DNA of 64,000 bases from positions 21,018,001 through 21,082,000 of the forward strand of contig OZ059898.1 of NCBI GenBank assembly GCA_964057225.1. The letters run 5' to 3'. The notes beneath the pieces were generated by a model. It was not told the origin of the DNA, ran no database searches, and saw only the letters and a list, made by a program, of their open reading frames with translations. Of the stretch, positions 26,748-42,439 are shown piece after piece (the stretch's first letter is position 1; every line of letters starts with the position of its first letter). A program made the position numbers and the translations under genes. The stretch comes from Auanema rhodensis. Taxonomy: Eukaryota > Animalia > Nematoda.

Positions 26748-29211
26748 ACGTGTAAGATGAAGAGATGCGGTTTTCAAAATTAGATTCCCCATGTCCATAT
26801 TAGTCTAAAAACAAATTTTTATTGATATTGGTTCATGGTAACCATGACTTTGAAATTTACGTGAACTTTAATTTATGCTAATTAAATGTACACGTGATGT
26901 GCACTTGGTATGTAACTCGCTTCACGTGAAAGATAAAGAGATGCGGTTTTCAAAATTAGATTCCCCATGTCCATATTAGTCTAAAAACAAATTTTTATTG
27001 ATATTGGTTCATGGTAACCATGACTTTGAAATTTACGTGAACTTTAAATTATGCTAATTAAATGTACACGTGATGTGCACTTGGTATGTAACTCGCTTCA
27101 CGTGAAAGATAAAGAGATGCGGTTTTCAAAATTAGATTCCCCATGTCCATATTAGTCTAAAAACAAATTTTTATTGATATTGGTGCATGGTAACCATGAC
27201 TTTGAAATTTACGTGAACTTTAATTTATGCTAATTAAATGTACACGTGATGTGCACTTGGTATGTAACTCGCTTCACGTGAAAGATGAAGAGATGCGGTT
27301 TTCAAAATTAGATTCCCCATGTCCATATTAGTCTAAAAACAAATTTTTATTGATATTGGTGCATGGTAACCATGACTTTGAAATTTACGTGAACTTTAAT
27401 TTATGCTAATTAAATGTACACGTGATGTGCACTTGGTATGTAACTCGCTTCACGTGAAAGTAAAAGAGATGCGGTTTTCAAAATTAGATTCCCCATGTCC
27501 ATATTAGTCTATAAACAAATTTTTATTGATATTGATGCATGGTAACCATGACTTTGAAATTTACGTGAACTTTAATTTATGCTAATTAAATGTACACGTG
27601 ATGTGCACTTGGTATGTAACTCGCATCACGTGAAAGATAAAGAGATGCGGTTTTCAAAATTAGATTCCCCATGTCCATATTAGTCTAAAAACAAATTTTT
27701 ATTGATATTGGTTCATGGTAACCATGACTTTGAAATTTACGTGAACTTTAATTTTTGCTAATTAAATGTACACGTGATGTGCACTTGGTATGTAACTCGC
27801 TTCACGTGAAAGATAAAGAGATGCGGTTTTCAAAGTTAGATTCCCCATGTCCATATTAGTCTAAAAACAAATTTTTATTGATATTGGTGCATGGTAACCA
27901 TGACTTTGAAATTTACGTGAACTTTAATTTATGCTAATTAAATGTACACGTGATGTGCACTTGGTATGTAACTCGCTTCACGTGTAAGATGAAGAGATGC
28001 GGTTTTCAAAATTAGATTCCCCATGTCCATATTAGTCTAAAAACAAATTTTTATTGATATTGGTTCATGGTAACCATGACTTTGAAATTTACGTGAACTT
28101 TAATTTATGCTAATTAAATGTACACGTGATGTGCACTTGGTATGTAACTCGCTTCACGTGAAAGATAAAGAGATGCGGTTTTCAAAATTAGATTCCCCAT
28201 GTCCATATTAGTCTAAAAACAAATTTTTATTGATATTGGTTCATGGTAACCATGACTTTGAAATTTACGTGAACTTTAAATTATGCTAATTAAATGTACA
28301 CGTGATGTGCACTTGGTATGTAACTCGCTTCACGTGAAAGATAAAGAGATGCGGTTTTCAAAATTAGATTCCCCATGTCCATATTAGTCTAAAAACAAAT
28401 TTTTATTGATATTGGTGCATGGTAACCATGACTTTGAAATTTACGTGAACTTTAATTTATGCTAATTAAATGTACACGTGATGTGCACTTGGTATGTAAC
28501 TCGCTTCACGTGAAAGATGAAGAGATGCGGTTTTCAAAATTAGATTCCCCATGTCCATATTAGTCTAAAAACGAATTTTTATTGATATTGGTGCATGGTA
28601 ACCATGACTTTGAAATTTACGTGAACTTTAATTTATGCTAATTAAATGTACACGTGATGTGCACTTGGTATGTAACTCGCTTCACGTGAAAGTAAAAGAG
28701 ATGCGGTTTTCAAAATTAGATTCCCCATGTCCATATTAGTCTATAAACAAATTTTTATTGATATTGATGCATGGTAACCATGACTTTGAAATTTACGTGA
28801 ACTTTAATTTATGCTAATTAAATGTACACGTGATGTGCACTTGGTATGTAACTCGCTTCACGTGAAAGATAAAGAGATGCGGTTTTCAAAATTAGATTCC
28901 CCATGTCCATATTAGTCTAAAAACAAATTTTTATTGATATTGGTTCATGGTAACCATGACTTTGAAATTTACGTGAACTTTAATTTTTGCTAATTAAATG
29001 TACACGTGATGTGCACTTGGTATGTAACTCGCTTCACGTGAAAGATAAAGAGATGCGGTTTTCAAAGTTAGATTCCCCATGTCCATATTAGTCTAAAAAC
29101 AAATTTTTATTGATATTGGTGCATGGTAACCATGACTTTGAAATTTACGTGAACTTTAATTTATGCTAATTAAATGTACACGTGATGTGCACTTGGTATG
29201 TAACTCGCTTC
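26748..29211. repeat. Tandem duplication of a 7-monomer block (1232 bp)
   Basis: The ordered series A6T+A12G, T125A, consensus, A12G, GTAAAA+A61T+G84A, A128T, A32G occurs twice; A61T is at 27512 and 28744. Confidence 0.85.
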
Positions 29212-32200
29212 ACGTGAAAGATAAAGAGATGCGGTTTTCAAAATTAGATTCCCCATGTCCATATTAGTCTAAAAACAAATTTTTATTGATATTGGTTCAT
29301 GGTAACCATGACTTTGAAATTTACGTGAACTTTAATTTATGCTAATTAAATGTACACGTGATGTGCACTTGGTATGTAACTCGCTTCACGTGAAAGATAA
29401 AGAGATGCGGTTTTCAAAATTAGATTCCCCATGTCCATATTAGTCTAAAAACAAATTTTTATTGATATTGGTGCATGGTAACCATGACTTTGAAATTTAC
29501 GTGAACTTTAATTTATGCTAATTAAATGTACACGTGATGTGCACTTGGTATGTAACTCGCTTCACGTGAAAGATAAAGAGATGCGGTTTTCAAAATTAGA
29601 TTCCCCATGTCCATATTAGTCTAAAAACAAATTTTTATTGATATTGGTTCATGGTAACCATGACTTTGAAATTTACGTGAACTTTAATTTATGCTAATTA
29701 AATGTACACGTGATGTGCACTTGGTATGTAACTCGCTTCACGTGAAAGATAAAGAGATGCGGTTTTCAAAATTAGATTCCCCATGTCCATATTAGTCTAA
29801 AAACAAATTTTTATTGATATTGGTGCATGGTAACCATGACTTTGAAATTTACGTGAACTTTAATTTATGCTAATTAAATGTACACGTGATGTGCACTTGG
29901 TATGTAACTCGCTTCACGTGAAAAATAAAGAGATGCGGTTTTCAAAATTAGATTCCCCATGTCCATATTAGTCTAAAAACAAATTTTTATTGATATTGGT
30001 GCATGGTAACCATGACTTTGAAATTTACGTGAACTTTAATTTATGCTAATTAAATGTACACGTGATGTGCACTTGGTATGTAACTCGCTTCACGTGAAAG
30101 ATAAAGAGATGCGGTTTTCAAAATTAGATTCCCCATGTCCATATTAGTCTAAAAACAAATTTTTATTGATATTGGTGCATGGTAACCATGACTTTGAAAT
30201 TTACGTGAACTTTAATTTATGCTAATTAAATGTACACGTGATGTGCACTTGGTATGTAACTCGCTTCACGTGAAAGATAAAAAGATGCGGTTTTCAAAAT
30301 TAGATTCCCCATGTCCATATTAGTCTAAAAACAAATTTTTATTGATATTGGTTCATGGTAACCATGACTTTGAAATTTACGTGAACTTTAATTTATGCTA
30401 ATTAAATGTATACGTGATGTGCACTTGGTATGTAACTCGCTTCACGTGAAAGATAAAGAGATGCGGTTTTCAAAATTAGATTCCCCATGTCCATATTAGT
30501 CTAAAAACAAATTTTTATTGATATTGGTTCATGGTAACCATGACTTTGAAATTTACGTGAACTTTAATGTATGCTAATTAAATGTACACGTGATGTGCAC
30601 TTGGTATGTAACTCGCTTCACGTAAAAGATAAAGAGATGCGGTTCTCAAAATTAGATTCCCCATGTCCATATTAGTCTAAAAACAAATTTTTATTGATAT
30701 TGGTTCATGGTAACCATGACTTTGAAATTTACGTGAACTTTAATTTATGCTAATTAAATGTACACGTGATGTGCACTTGGTATGTAACTCGCTTCACGTG
30801 AAAGATAAAAAGATGCGGTTTTCAAAATTAGATTCCCCATGTCCATATTAGTCTAAAAACAAATTTTTATTGATATTGGTGCATGGTAACCATGACTTTG
30901 AAATTTACGTGAACTTTAATTTATGCTAATTAAATGTACACGTGATGTGCACTTGGTATGTAACTCGCTTCACGTGTAAGATGAAGAGATGCGGTTTTCA
31001 AAATTAGATTCCCCATGTCCATATTAGTCTAAAAACAAATTTTTATTGATATTGGTTCATGGTAACCATGACTTTGAAATTTACGTGAACTTTAATTTAT
31101 GCTAATTAAATGTACAAGTGATGTGCACTTGGTATGTAACTCGCTTCACGTGAAAGATAAAGAGATGCGGTTTTCAAAATTAGATTCCCCATGTCCATAT
31201 TAGTCTAAAAACAAATTTTTATTGATATTGGTGCATGGTAACCATGACTTTGAAATTTACGTGAACTTTAATTTATGCTAATTAAATGTACACGTGATGT
31301 GCACTTGGTATGTAACTCGCTTCACGTGAAAGATGAAGAGATGCGGTTTTCAAAATTAGATTCCCCATGTCCATATTAGTCTAAAAACAAATTTTTATTG
31401 ATATTGGTTCATGGTAACCATGACTTTGAAATTTACGTGAACTTTAATTTATGCTAATTAAATGTACACGTGATGTGCACTTGGTATGTAACTCGCTTCA
31501 CGTGAAAGATAAAGAGATGCGGTTTTCAAAATTAGATTCCCCATGTCCATATTAGTCTAAAAACAAATTTTTATTGATATTGGTGCATGGTAACCATGAC
31601 TTTGAAATTTACGTGAACTTTAATTTATGCTAATTAAATGTACACGTGATGTGCACTTGGTATGTAACTCGCTTCACGTGAAAGATGAAGAGATGCGGTT
31701 TTCAAAATTAGATTCCCCATGTCCATATTAGTCTAAAAACAAATTTTTATTGATATTGGTGCATGGTAACCATGACTTTGAAATTTACGTGAACTTTAAT
31801 TTATGCTAATTAAATGTACACGTGATGTGCACTTGGTATGTAACTCGCTTCACGTGAAAAATAAAGAGATGCGGTTTTCAAAATTAGATTCCCCATGTCC
31901 ATATTAGTCTAAAAACAAATTTTTATTGATATTGGTGCATGGTAACCATGACTTTGAAATTTACGTGAACTTTAATTTATGCTAATTAAATGTACACGTG
32001 ATGTGCACTTGGTATGTAACTCGCTTCACGTGAAAGATAAAGAGATGCGGTTTTCAAAATTAGATTCCCCATGTCCATATTAGTCTAAAAACAAATTTTT
32101 ATTGATATTGGTGCATGGTAACCATGACTTTGAAATTTACGTGAACTTTAATTTATGCTAATTAAATGTACACGTGATGTGCACTTGGTATGTAACTCGC

Positions 32201-35195
32201 TTCACGTGAAAGATAAAAAGATGCGGTTTTCAAAATTAGATTCCCCATGTCCATATTAGTCTAAAAACAAATTTTTATTGATATTGGTTCATGGTAACCA
32301 TGACTTTGAAATTTACGTGAACTTTAATTTATGCTAATTAAATGTATACGTGATGTGCACTTGGTATGTAACTCGCTTCACGTGAAAGATAAAGAGATGC
32401 GGTTTTCAAAATTAGATTCCCCATGTCCATATTAGTCTAAAAACAAATTTTTATTGATATTGGTTCATGGTAACCATGACTTTGAAATTTACGTGAACTT
32501 TAATTTATGCTAATTAAATGTACACGTGATGTGCACTTGGTATGTAACTCGCTTCACGTAAAAGATAAAGAGATGCGGTTCTCAAAATTAGATTCCCCAT
32601 GTCCATATTAGTCTAAAAACAAATTTTTATTGATATTGGTTCATGGTAACCATGACTTTGAAATTTACGTGAACTTTAATTTATGCTAATTAAATGTACA
32701 CGTGATGTGCACTTGGTATGTAACTCGCTTCACGTGAAAGATAAAAAGATGCGGTTTTCAAAATTAGATTCCCCATGTCCATATTAGTCTAAAAACAAAT
32801 TTTTATTGATATTGGTGCATGGTAACCATGACTTTGAAATTTACGTGAACTTTAATTTATGCTAATTAAATGTACACGTGATGTGCACTTGGTATGTAAC
32901 TCGCTTCACGTGTAAGATGAAGAGATGCGGTTTTCAAAATTAGATTCCCCATGTCCATATTAGTCTAAAAACAAATTTTTATTGATATTGGTTCATGGTA
33001 ACCATGACTTTGAAATTTACGTGAACTTTAATTTATGCTAATTAAATGTACACGTGATGTGCACTTGGTATGTAACTCGCTTCACGTGAAAGATAAAGAG
33101 ATGCGGTTTTCAAAATTAGATTCCCCATGTCCATATTAGTCTAAAAACAAATTTTTATTGATATTGGTTCATGGTAACCATGACTTTGAAATTTACGTGA
33201 ACTTTAAATTATGCTAATTAAATGTACACGTGATGTGCACTTGGTATGTAACTCGCTTCACGTGAAAGATAAAGAGATGCGGTTTTCAAAATTAGATTCC
33301 CCATGTCCATATTAGTCTAAAAACAAATTTTTATTGATATTGGTGCATGGTAACCATGACTTTGAAATTTACGTGAACTTTAATTTATGCTAATTAAATG
33401 TACACGTGATGTGCACTTGGTATGTAACTCGCTTCACGTGAAAGATGAAGAGATGCGGTTTTCAAAATTAGATTCCCCATGTCCATATTAGTCTAAAAAC
33501 AAATTTTTATTGATATTGGTGCATGGTAACCATGACTTTGAAATTTACGTGAACTTTAATTTATGCTAATTAAATGTACACGTGATGTGCACTTGGTATG
33601 TAACTCGCTTCACGTGAAAGTAAAAGAGATGCGGTTTTCAAAATTAGATTCCCCATGTCCATATTAGTCTATAAACAAATTTTTATTGATATTGATGCAT
33701 GGTAACCATGACTTTGAAATTTACGTGAACTTTAATTTATGCTAATTAAATGTACACGTGATGTGCACTTGGTATGTAACTCGCTTCACGTGAAAGATAA
33801 AGAGATGCGGTTTTCAAAATTAGATTCCCCATGTCCATATTAGTCTAAAAACAAATTTTTATTGATATTGGTTCATGGTAACCATGACTTTGAAATTTAC
33901 GTGAACTTTAATTTTTGCTAATTAAATGTACACGTGATGTGCACTTGGTATGTAACTCGCTTCACGTGAAAGATAAAGAGATGCGGTTTTCAAAGTTAGA
34001 TTCCCCATGTCCATATTAGTCTAAAAACAAATTTTTATTGATATTGGTGCATGGTAACCATGACTTTGAAATTTACGTGAACTTTAATTTATGCTAATTA
34101 AATGTACACGTGATGTGCACTTGGTATGTAACTCGCTTCACGTGAAAGATAAAGAGATGCGGTTTTCAAAATTAGATTCCCCATGTCCATATTAGTCTAA
34201 AAACAAATTTTTATTGATATTGGTTCATGGTAACCATGACTTTGAAATTTACGTGAACTTTAATTTATGCTAATTAAATGTACACGTGATGTGCACTTGG
34301 TATGTAACTCGCTTCACGTGAAAGATAAAGAGATGCGGTTTTCAAAATTAGATTCCCCATGTCCATATTAGTCTAAAAACAAATTTTTATTGATATTGGT
34401 GCATGGTAACCATGACTTTGAAATTTACGTGAACTTTAATTTATGCTAATTAAATGTACACGTGATGTGCACTTGGTATGTAACTCGCTTCACGTGAAAG
34501 ATAAAGAGATGCGGTTTTCAAAATTAGATTCCCCATGTCCATATTAGTCTAAAAACAAATTTTTATTGATATTGGTTCATGGTAACCATGACTTTGAAAT
34601 TTACGTGAACTTTAATTTATGCTAATTAAATGTACACGTGATGTGCACTTGGTATGTAACTCGCTTCACGTGAAAGATAAAGAGATGCGGTTTTCAAAAT
34701 TAGATTCCCCATGTCCATATTAGTCTAAAAACAAATTTTTATTGATATTGGTGCATGGTAACCATGACTTTGAAATTTACGTGAACTTTAATTTATGCTA
34801 ATTAAATGTACACGTGATGTGCACTTGGTATGTAACTCGCTTCACGTGAAAAATAAAGAGATGCGGTTTTCAAAATTAGATTCCCCATGTCCATATTAGT
34901 CTAAAAACAAATTTTTATTGATATTGGTGCATGGTAACCATGACTTTGAAATTTACGTGAACTTTAATTTATGCTAATTAAATGTACACGTGATGTGCAC
35001 TTGGTATGTAACTCGCTTCACGTGAAAGATAAAGAGATGCGGTTTTCAAAATTAGATTCCCCATGTCCATATTAGTCTAAAAACAAATTTTTATTGATAT
35101 TGGTGCATGGTAACCATGACTTTGAAATTTACGTGAACTTTAATTTATGCTAATTAAATGTACACGTGATGTGCACTTGGTATGTAACTCGCTTC

Positions 35196-38100
35196 ACGTG
35201 AAAGATAAAAAGATGCGGTTTTCAAAATTAGATTCCCCATGTCCATATTAGTCTAAAAACAAATTTTTATTGATATTGGTTCATGGTAACCATGACTTTG
35301 AAATTTACGTGAACTTTAATTTATGCTAATTAAATGTATACGTGATGTGCACTTGGTATGTAACTCGCTTCACGTGAAAGATAAAGAGATGCGGTTTTCA
35401 AAATTAGATTCCCCATGTCCATATTAGTCTAAAAACAAATTTTTATTGATATTGGTTCATGGTAACCATGACTTTGAAATTTACGTGAACTTTAATTTAT
35501 GCTAATTAAATGTACACGTGATGTGCACTTGGTATGTAACTCGCTTCACGTAAAAGATAAAGAGATGCGGTTCTCAAAATTAGATTCCCCATGTCCATAT
35601 TAGTCTAAAAACAAATTTTTATTGATATTGGTGCATGGTAACCATGACTTTGAAATTTACGTGAACTTTAATTTATGCTAATTAAATGTACACGTGATGT
35701 GCACTTGGTATGTAACTCGCTTCACGTGAAAGATAAAGAGATGCGATTTTCAAAATTAGATTCCCCATGTCCATATTAGTTTAAAAACAAATTTTTATTG
35801 ATATTGGTGCATGGTAACCATGACTTTGAAATTTACGTGAACTTTAATTTATGCTAATTAAATGTACACGTGATGTGCACTTGGTATGTAACTCGCTTCA
35901 CGTGAAAGATAAAAAGATGCGGTTTTCAAAATTAGATTCCCCATGTCCATATTAGTCTAAAAACAAATTTTTATTGATATTGGTGCATGGTAACCATGAC
36001 TTTGAAATTTACGTGAACTTTAATTTATGCTAATTAAATGTACACGTGATGTGCACTTGGTATGTAACTCGCTTCACGTGAAAGATAAAGAGATGCGGTT
36101 TTCAAAATTAGATTCCCCATGTCCATATTAGTCTAAAAACAAATTTTTATTGATATTGGTGCATGGTAACCATGACTTTGAAATTTACGTGAACTTTAAT
36201 TTATGCTAATTAAATGTACACGTGATGTGCACTTGGTATGTAACTCGCTTCACGTGAAAGATAAAGAGATGCGGTTTTCAAAATTAGATTCCCCATGTCC
36301 ATATTAGTCTAAAAACAAATTTTTATTGATATTGGTTCATGGTAACCATGACTTTGAAATTTACGTGAACTTTAATTTATGCTAATTAAATGTACACGTG
36401 ATGTGCACTTGGTATGTAACTCGCTTCACGTGAAAGATAAAGAGATGCGGTTTTCAAAATTAGATTCCCCATGTCCATATTAGTCTAAAAACAAATTTTT
36501 ATTGATATTGGTGCATGGTAACCATGACTTTGAAATTTACGTGAACTTTAATTTATGCTAATTAAATGTACACGTGATGTGCACTTGGTATGTAACTCGC
36601 TTCACGTGAAAAATAAAGAGATGCGGTTTTCAAAATTAGATTCCCCATGTCCATATTAGTCTAAAAACAAATTTTTATTGATATTGGTGCATGGTAACCA
36701 TGACTTTGAAATTTACGTGAACTTTAATTTATGCTAATTAAATGTACACGTGATGTGCACTTGGTATGTAACTCGCTTCACGTGAAAGATAAAGAGATGC
36801 GGTTTTCAAAATTAGATTCCCCATGTCCATATTAGTCTAAAAACAAATTTTTATTGATATTGGTGCATGGTAACCATGACTTTGAAATTTACGTGAACTT
36901 TAATTTATGCTAATTAAATGTACACGTGATGTGCACTTGGTATGTAACTCGCTTCACGTGAAAGATAAAAAGATGCGGTTTTCAAAATTAGATTCCCCAT
37001 GTCCATATTAGTCTAAAAACAAATTTTTATTGATATTGGTTCATGGTAACCATGACTTTGAAATTTACGTGAACTTTAATTTATGCTAATTAAATGTATA
37101 CGTGATGTGCACTTGGTATGTAACTCGCTTCACGTGAAAGATAAAGAGATGCGGTTTTCAAAATTAGATTCCCCATGTCCATATTAGTCTAAAAACAAAT
37201 TTTTATTGATATTGGTTCATGGTAACCATGACTTTGAAATTTACGTGAACTTTAATTTATGCTAATTAAATGTACACGTGATGTGCACTTGGTATGTAAC
37301 TCGCTTCACGTAAAAGATAAAGAGATGCGGTTCTCAAAATTAGATTCCCCATGTCCATATTAGTCTAAAAACAAATTTTTATTGATATTGGTGCATGGTA
37401 ACCATGACTTTGAAATTTACGTGAACTTTAATTTATGCTAATTAAATGTACACGTGATGTGCACTTGGTATGTAACTCGCTTCACGTGAAAGATAAAGAG
37501 ATGCGATTTTCAAAATTAGATTCCCCATGTCCATATTAGTTTAAAAACAAATTTTTATTGATATTGGTGCATGGTAACCATGACTTTGAAATTTACGTGA
37601 ACTTTAATTTATGCTAATTAAATGTACACGTGATGTGCACTTGGTATGTAACTCGCTTCACGTGAAAGATAAAAAGATGCGGTTTTCAAAATTAGATTCC
37701 CCATGTCCATATTAGTCTAAAAACAAATTTTTATTGATATTGGTGCATGGTAACCATGACTTTGAAATTTACGTGAACTTTAATTTATGCTAATTAAATG
37801 TACACGTGATGTGCACTTGGTATGTAACTCGCTTCACGTGAAAGATAAAAAGATGCGGTTTTCAAAATTAGATTCCCCATGTCCATATTAGTCTAAAAAC
37901 AAATTTTTATTGATATTGGTTCATGGTAACCATGACTTTGAAATTTACGTGAACTTTAATTTATGCTAATTAAATGTATACGTGATGTGCACTTGGTATG
38001 TAACTCGCTTCACGTGAAAGATAAAGAGATGCGGTTTTCAAAATTAGATTCCCCATGTCCATATTAGTCTAAAAACAAATTTTTATTGATATTGGTTCAT

Positions 38101-40475
38101 GGTAACCATGACTTTGAAATTTACGTGAACTTTAATTTATGCTAATTAAATGTACACGTGATGTGCACTTGGTATGTAACTCGCTTCACGTAAAAGATAA
38201 AGAGATGCGGTTCTCAAAATTAGATTCCCCATGTCCATATTAGTCTAAAAACAAATTTTTATTGATATTGGTGCATGGTAACCATGACTTTGAAATTTAC
38301 GTGAACTTTAATTTATGCTAATTAAATGTACACGTGATGTGCACTTGGTATGTAACTCGCTTCACGTGAAAGATAAAGAGATGCGATTTTCAAAATTAGA
38401 TTCCCCATGTCCATATTAGTTTAAAAACAAATTTTTATTGATATTGGTGCATGGTAACCATGACTTTGAAATTTACGTGAACTTTAATTTATGCTAATTA
38501 AATGTACACGTGATGTGCACTTGGTATGTAACTCGCTTCACGTGAAAGATAAAAAGATGCGGTTTTCAAAATTAGATTCCCCATGTCCATATTAGTCTAA
38601 AAACAAATTTTTATTGATATTGGTGCATGGTAACCATGACTTTGAAATTTACGTGAACTTTAATTTATGCTAATTAAATGTACACGTGATGTGCACTTGG
38701 TATGTAACTCGCTTCACGTGAAAGATAAAGAGATGCGGTTTTCAAAATTAGATTCCCCATGTCCATATTAGTCTAAAAACAAATTTTTATTGATATTGGT
38801 GCATGGTAACCATGACTTTGAAATTTACGTGAACTTTAATTTATGCTAATTAAATGTACACGTGATGTGCACTTGGTATGTAACTCGCTTCACGTGAAAG
38901 ATAAAGAGATGCGGTTTTCAAAATTAGATTCCCCATGTCCATATTAGTCTAAAAACAAATTTTTATTGATATTGGTTCATGGTAACCATGACTTTGAAAT
39001 TTACGTGAACTTTAATTTATGCTAATTAAATGTACACGTGATGTGCACTTGGTATGTAACTCGCTTCACGTGAAAGATAAAGAGATGCGGTTTTCAAAAT
39101 TAGATTCCCCATGTCCATATTAGTCTAAAAACAAATTTTTATTGATATTGGTGCATGGTAACCATGACTTTGAAATTTACGTGAACTTTAATTTATGCTA
39201 ATTAAATGTACACGTGATGTGCACTTGGTATGTAACTCGCTTCACGTGAAAAATAAAGAGATGCGGTTTTCAAAATTAGATTCCCCATGTCCATATTAGT
39301 CTAAAAACAAATTTTTATTGATATTGGTGCATGGTAACCATGACTTTGAAATTTACGTGAACTTTAATTTATGCTAATTAAATGTACACGTGATGTGCAC
39401 TTGGTATGTAACTCGCTTCACGTGAAAGATAAAGAGATGCGGTTTTCAAAATTAGATTCCCCATGTCCATATTAGTCTAAAAACAAATTTTTATTGATAT
39501 TGGTGCATGGTAACCATGACTTTGAAATTTACGTGAACTTTAATTTATGCTAATTAAATGTACACGTGATGTGCACTTGGTATGTAACTCGCTTCACGTG
39601 AAAGATAAAAAGATGCGGTTTTCAAAATTAGATTCCCCATGTCCATATTAGTCTAAAAACAAATTTTTATTGATATTGGTTCATGGTAACCATGACTTTG
39701 AAATTTACGTGAACTTTAATTTATGCTAATTAAATGTATACGTGATGTGCACTTGGTATGTAACTCGCTTCACGTGAAAGATAAAGAGATGCGGTTTTCA
39801 AAATTAGATTCCCCATGTCCATATTAGTCTAAAAACAAATTTTTATTGATATTGGTTCATGGTAACCATGACTTTGAAATTTACGTGAACTTTAATTTAT
39901 GCTAATTAAATGTACACGTGATGTGCACTTGGTATGTAACTCGCTTCACGTAAAAGATAAAGAGATGCGGTTCTCAAAATTAGATTCCCCATGTCCATAT
40001 TAGTCTAAAAACAAATTTTTATTGATATTGGTGCATGGTAACCATGACTTTGAAATTTACGTGAACTTTAATTTATGCTAATTAAATGTACACGTGATGT
40101 GCACTTGGTATGTAACTCGCTTCACGTGAAAGATAAAGAGATGCGATTTTCAAAATTAGATTCCCCATGTCCATATTAGTTTAAAAACAAATTTTTATTG
40201 ATATTGGTGCATGGTAACCATGACTTTGAAATTTACGTGAACTTTAATTTATGCTAATTAAATGTACACGTGATGTGCACTTGGTATGTAACTCGCTTCA
40301 CGTGAAAGATAAAAAGATGCGGTTTTCAAAATTAGATTCCCCATGTCCATATTAGTCTAAAAACAAATTTTTATTGATATTGGTGCATGGTAACCATGAC
40401 TTTGAAATTTACGTGAACTTTAATTTATGCTAATTAAATGTACACGTGATGTGCACTTGGTATGTAACTCGCTTC
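35196..40475. repeat. Apparently identical tandem duplication of a 15-monomer block (2640 bp) that itself contains a 10-monomer repeat
   Basis: G5A+T26C at 35552, 37312, 38192 and 39952 (spacings 1760, 880, 1760). In the lines I compared, 35196-37835 and 37836-40475 read the same. Confidence 0.87.
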
Positions 40476-42439
40476 ACGTGAAAGATGAAGAGATGCGGTT
40501 TTCAAAATTAGATTCCCCATGTCCATATTAGTCTAAAAACAAATTTTTATTGATATTGGTTCATGGTAACCATGACTTTGAAATTTACGTGAACTTTAAT
40601 TTTTGCTAATTAAATGTACACGTGATGTGCACTTGGTATGTAACTCGCTTCACGTGAAAGATAAAGAGATGCGGTTTTCAAAGTTAGATTCCCCATGTCC
40701 ATATTAGTCTAAAAACAAATTTTTATTGATATTGGTGCATGGTAACCATGACTTTGAAATTTACGTGAACTTTAATTTATGCTAATTAAATGTACACGTG
40801 ATGTGCACTTGGTATGTAACTCGCTTCACGTGAAAGATAAAGAGATGCGGTTTTCAAAATTAGATTCCCCATGTCCATATTAGTCTAAAAACAAATTTTT
40901 ATTGATATTGGTTCATGGTAACCATGACTTTGAAATTTACGTGAACTTTAATTTATGCTAATTAAATGTACACGTGATGTGCACTTGGTATGTAACTCGC
41001 TTCACGTGAAAGATAAAGAGATGCGGTTTTCAAAATTAGATTCCCCATGTCCATATTAGTCTAAAAACAAATTTTTATTGATATTGGTGCATGGTAACCA
41101 TGACTTTGAAATTTACGTGAACTTTAATTTATGCTAATTAAATGTACACGTGATGTGCACTTGGTATGTAACTCGCTTCACGTGAAAGATAAAGAGATGC
41201 GGTTTTCAAAATTAGATTCCCCATGTCCATATTAGTCTAAAAACAAATTTTTATTGATATTGGTTCATGGTAACCATGACTTTGAAATTTACGTGAACTT
41301 TAATTTATGCTAATTAAATGTACACGTGATGTGCACTTGGTATGTAACTCGCTTCACGTGAAAGATAAAGAGATGCGGTTTTCAAAATTAGATTCCCCAT
41401 GTCCATATTAGTCTAAAAACAAATTTTTATTGATATTGGTGCATGGTAACCATGACTTTGAAATTTACGTGAACTTTAATTTATGCTAATTAAATGTACA
41501 CGTGATGTGCACTTGGTATGTAACTCGCTTCACGTGAAAAATAAAGAGATGCGGTTTTCAAAATTAGATTCCCCATGTCCATATTAGTCTAAAAACAAAT
41601 TTTTATTGATATTGGTGCATGGTAACCATGACTTTGAAATTTACGTGAACTTTAATTTATGCTAATTAAATGTACACGTGATGTGCACTTGGTATGTAAC
41701 TCGCTTCACGTGAAAGATAAAGAGATGCGGTTTTCAAAGTTAGATTCCCCATGTCCATATTAGTCTAAAAACAAATTTTTATTGATATTGGTGCATGGTA
41801 ACCATGACTTTGAAATTTACGTGAACTTTAATTTATGCTAATTAAATGTACACGTGATGTGCACTTGGTATGTAACTCGCTTCACGTGAAAGATGAAGAG
41901 ATGCGGTTTTCAAAATTAGATTCCCCATGTCCATATTAGTCTAAAAACAAATTTTTATTGATATTGGTGCATGGTAACCATGACTTTGAAATTTACGTGA
42001 ACTTTAATTTATGCTAATTAAATGTACACGTGATGTGCACTTGGTATGTAACTCGCTTCACGTGAAAGATAAAGAGATGCGGTTTTCAAAATTAGATTCC
42101 CCATGTCCATATTAGTCTAAAAACAAATTTTTATTGATATTGGTTCATGGTAACCATGACTTTGAAATTTACGTGAACTTTAATTTATGCTAATTAAATG
42201 TACACGTGATGTGCACTTGGTATGTAACTCGCTTCACGTGAAAGATGAAGAGATGCGGTTTTCAAAATTAGATTCCCCATGTCCATATTAGTCTAAAAAC
42301 AAATTTTTATTGATATTGGTGCATGGTAACCATGACTTTGAAATTTACGTGAACTTTAATTTATGCTAATTAAATGTACACGTGATGTGCACTTGGTATG
42401 TAACTCGCTTCACGTGAAAGATAAAGAGATGCGGTTTTC

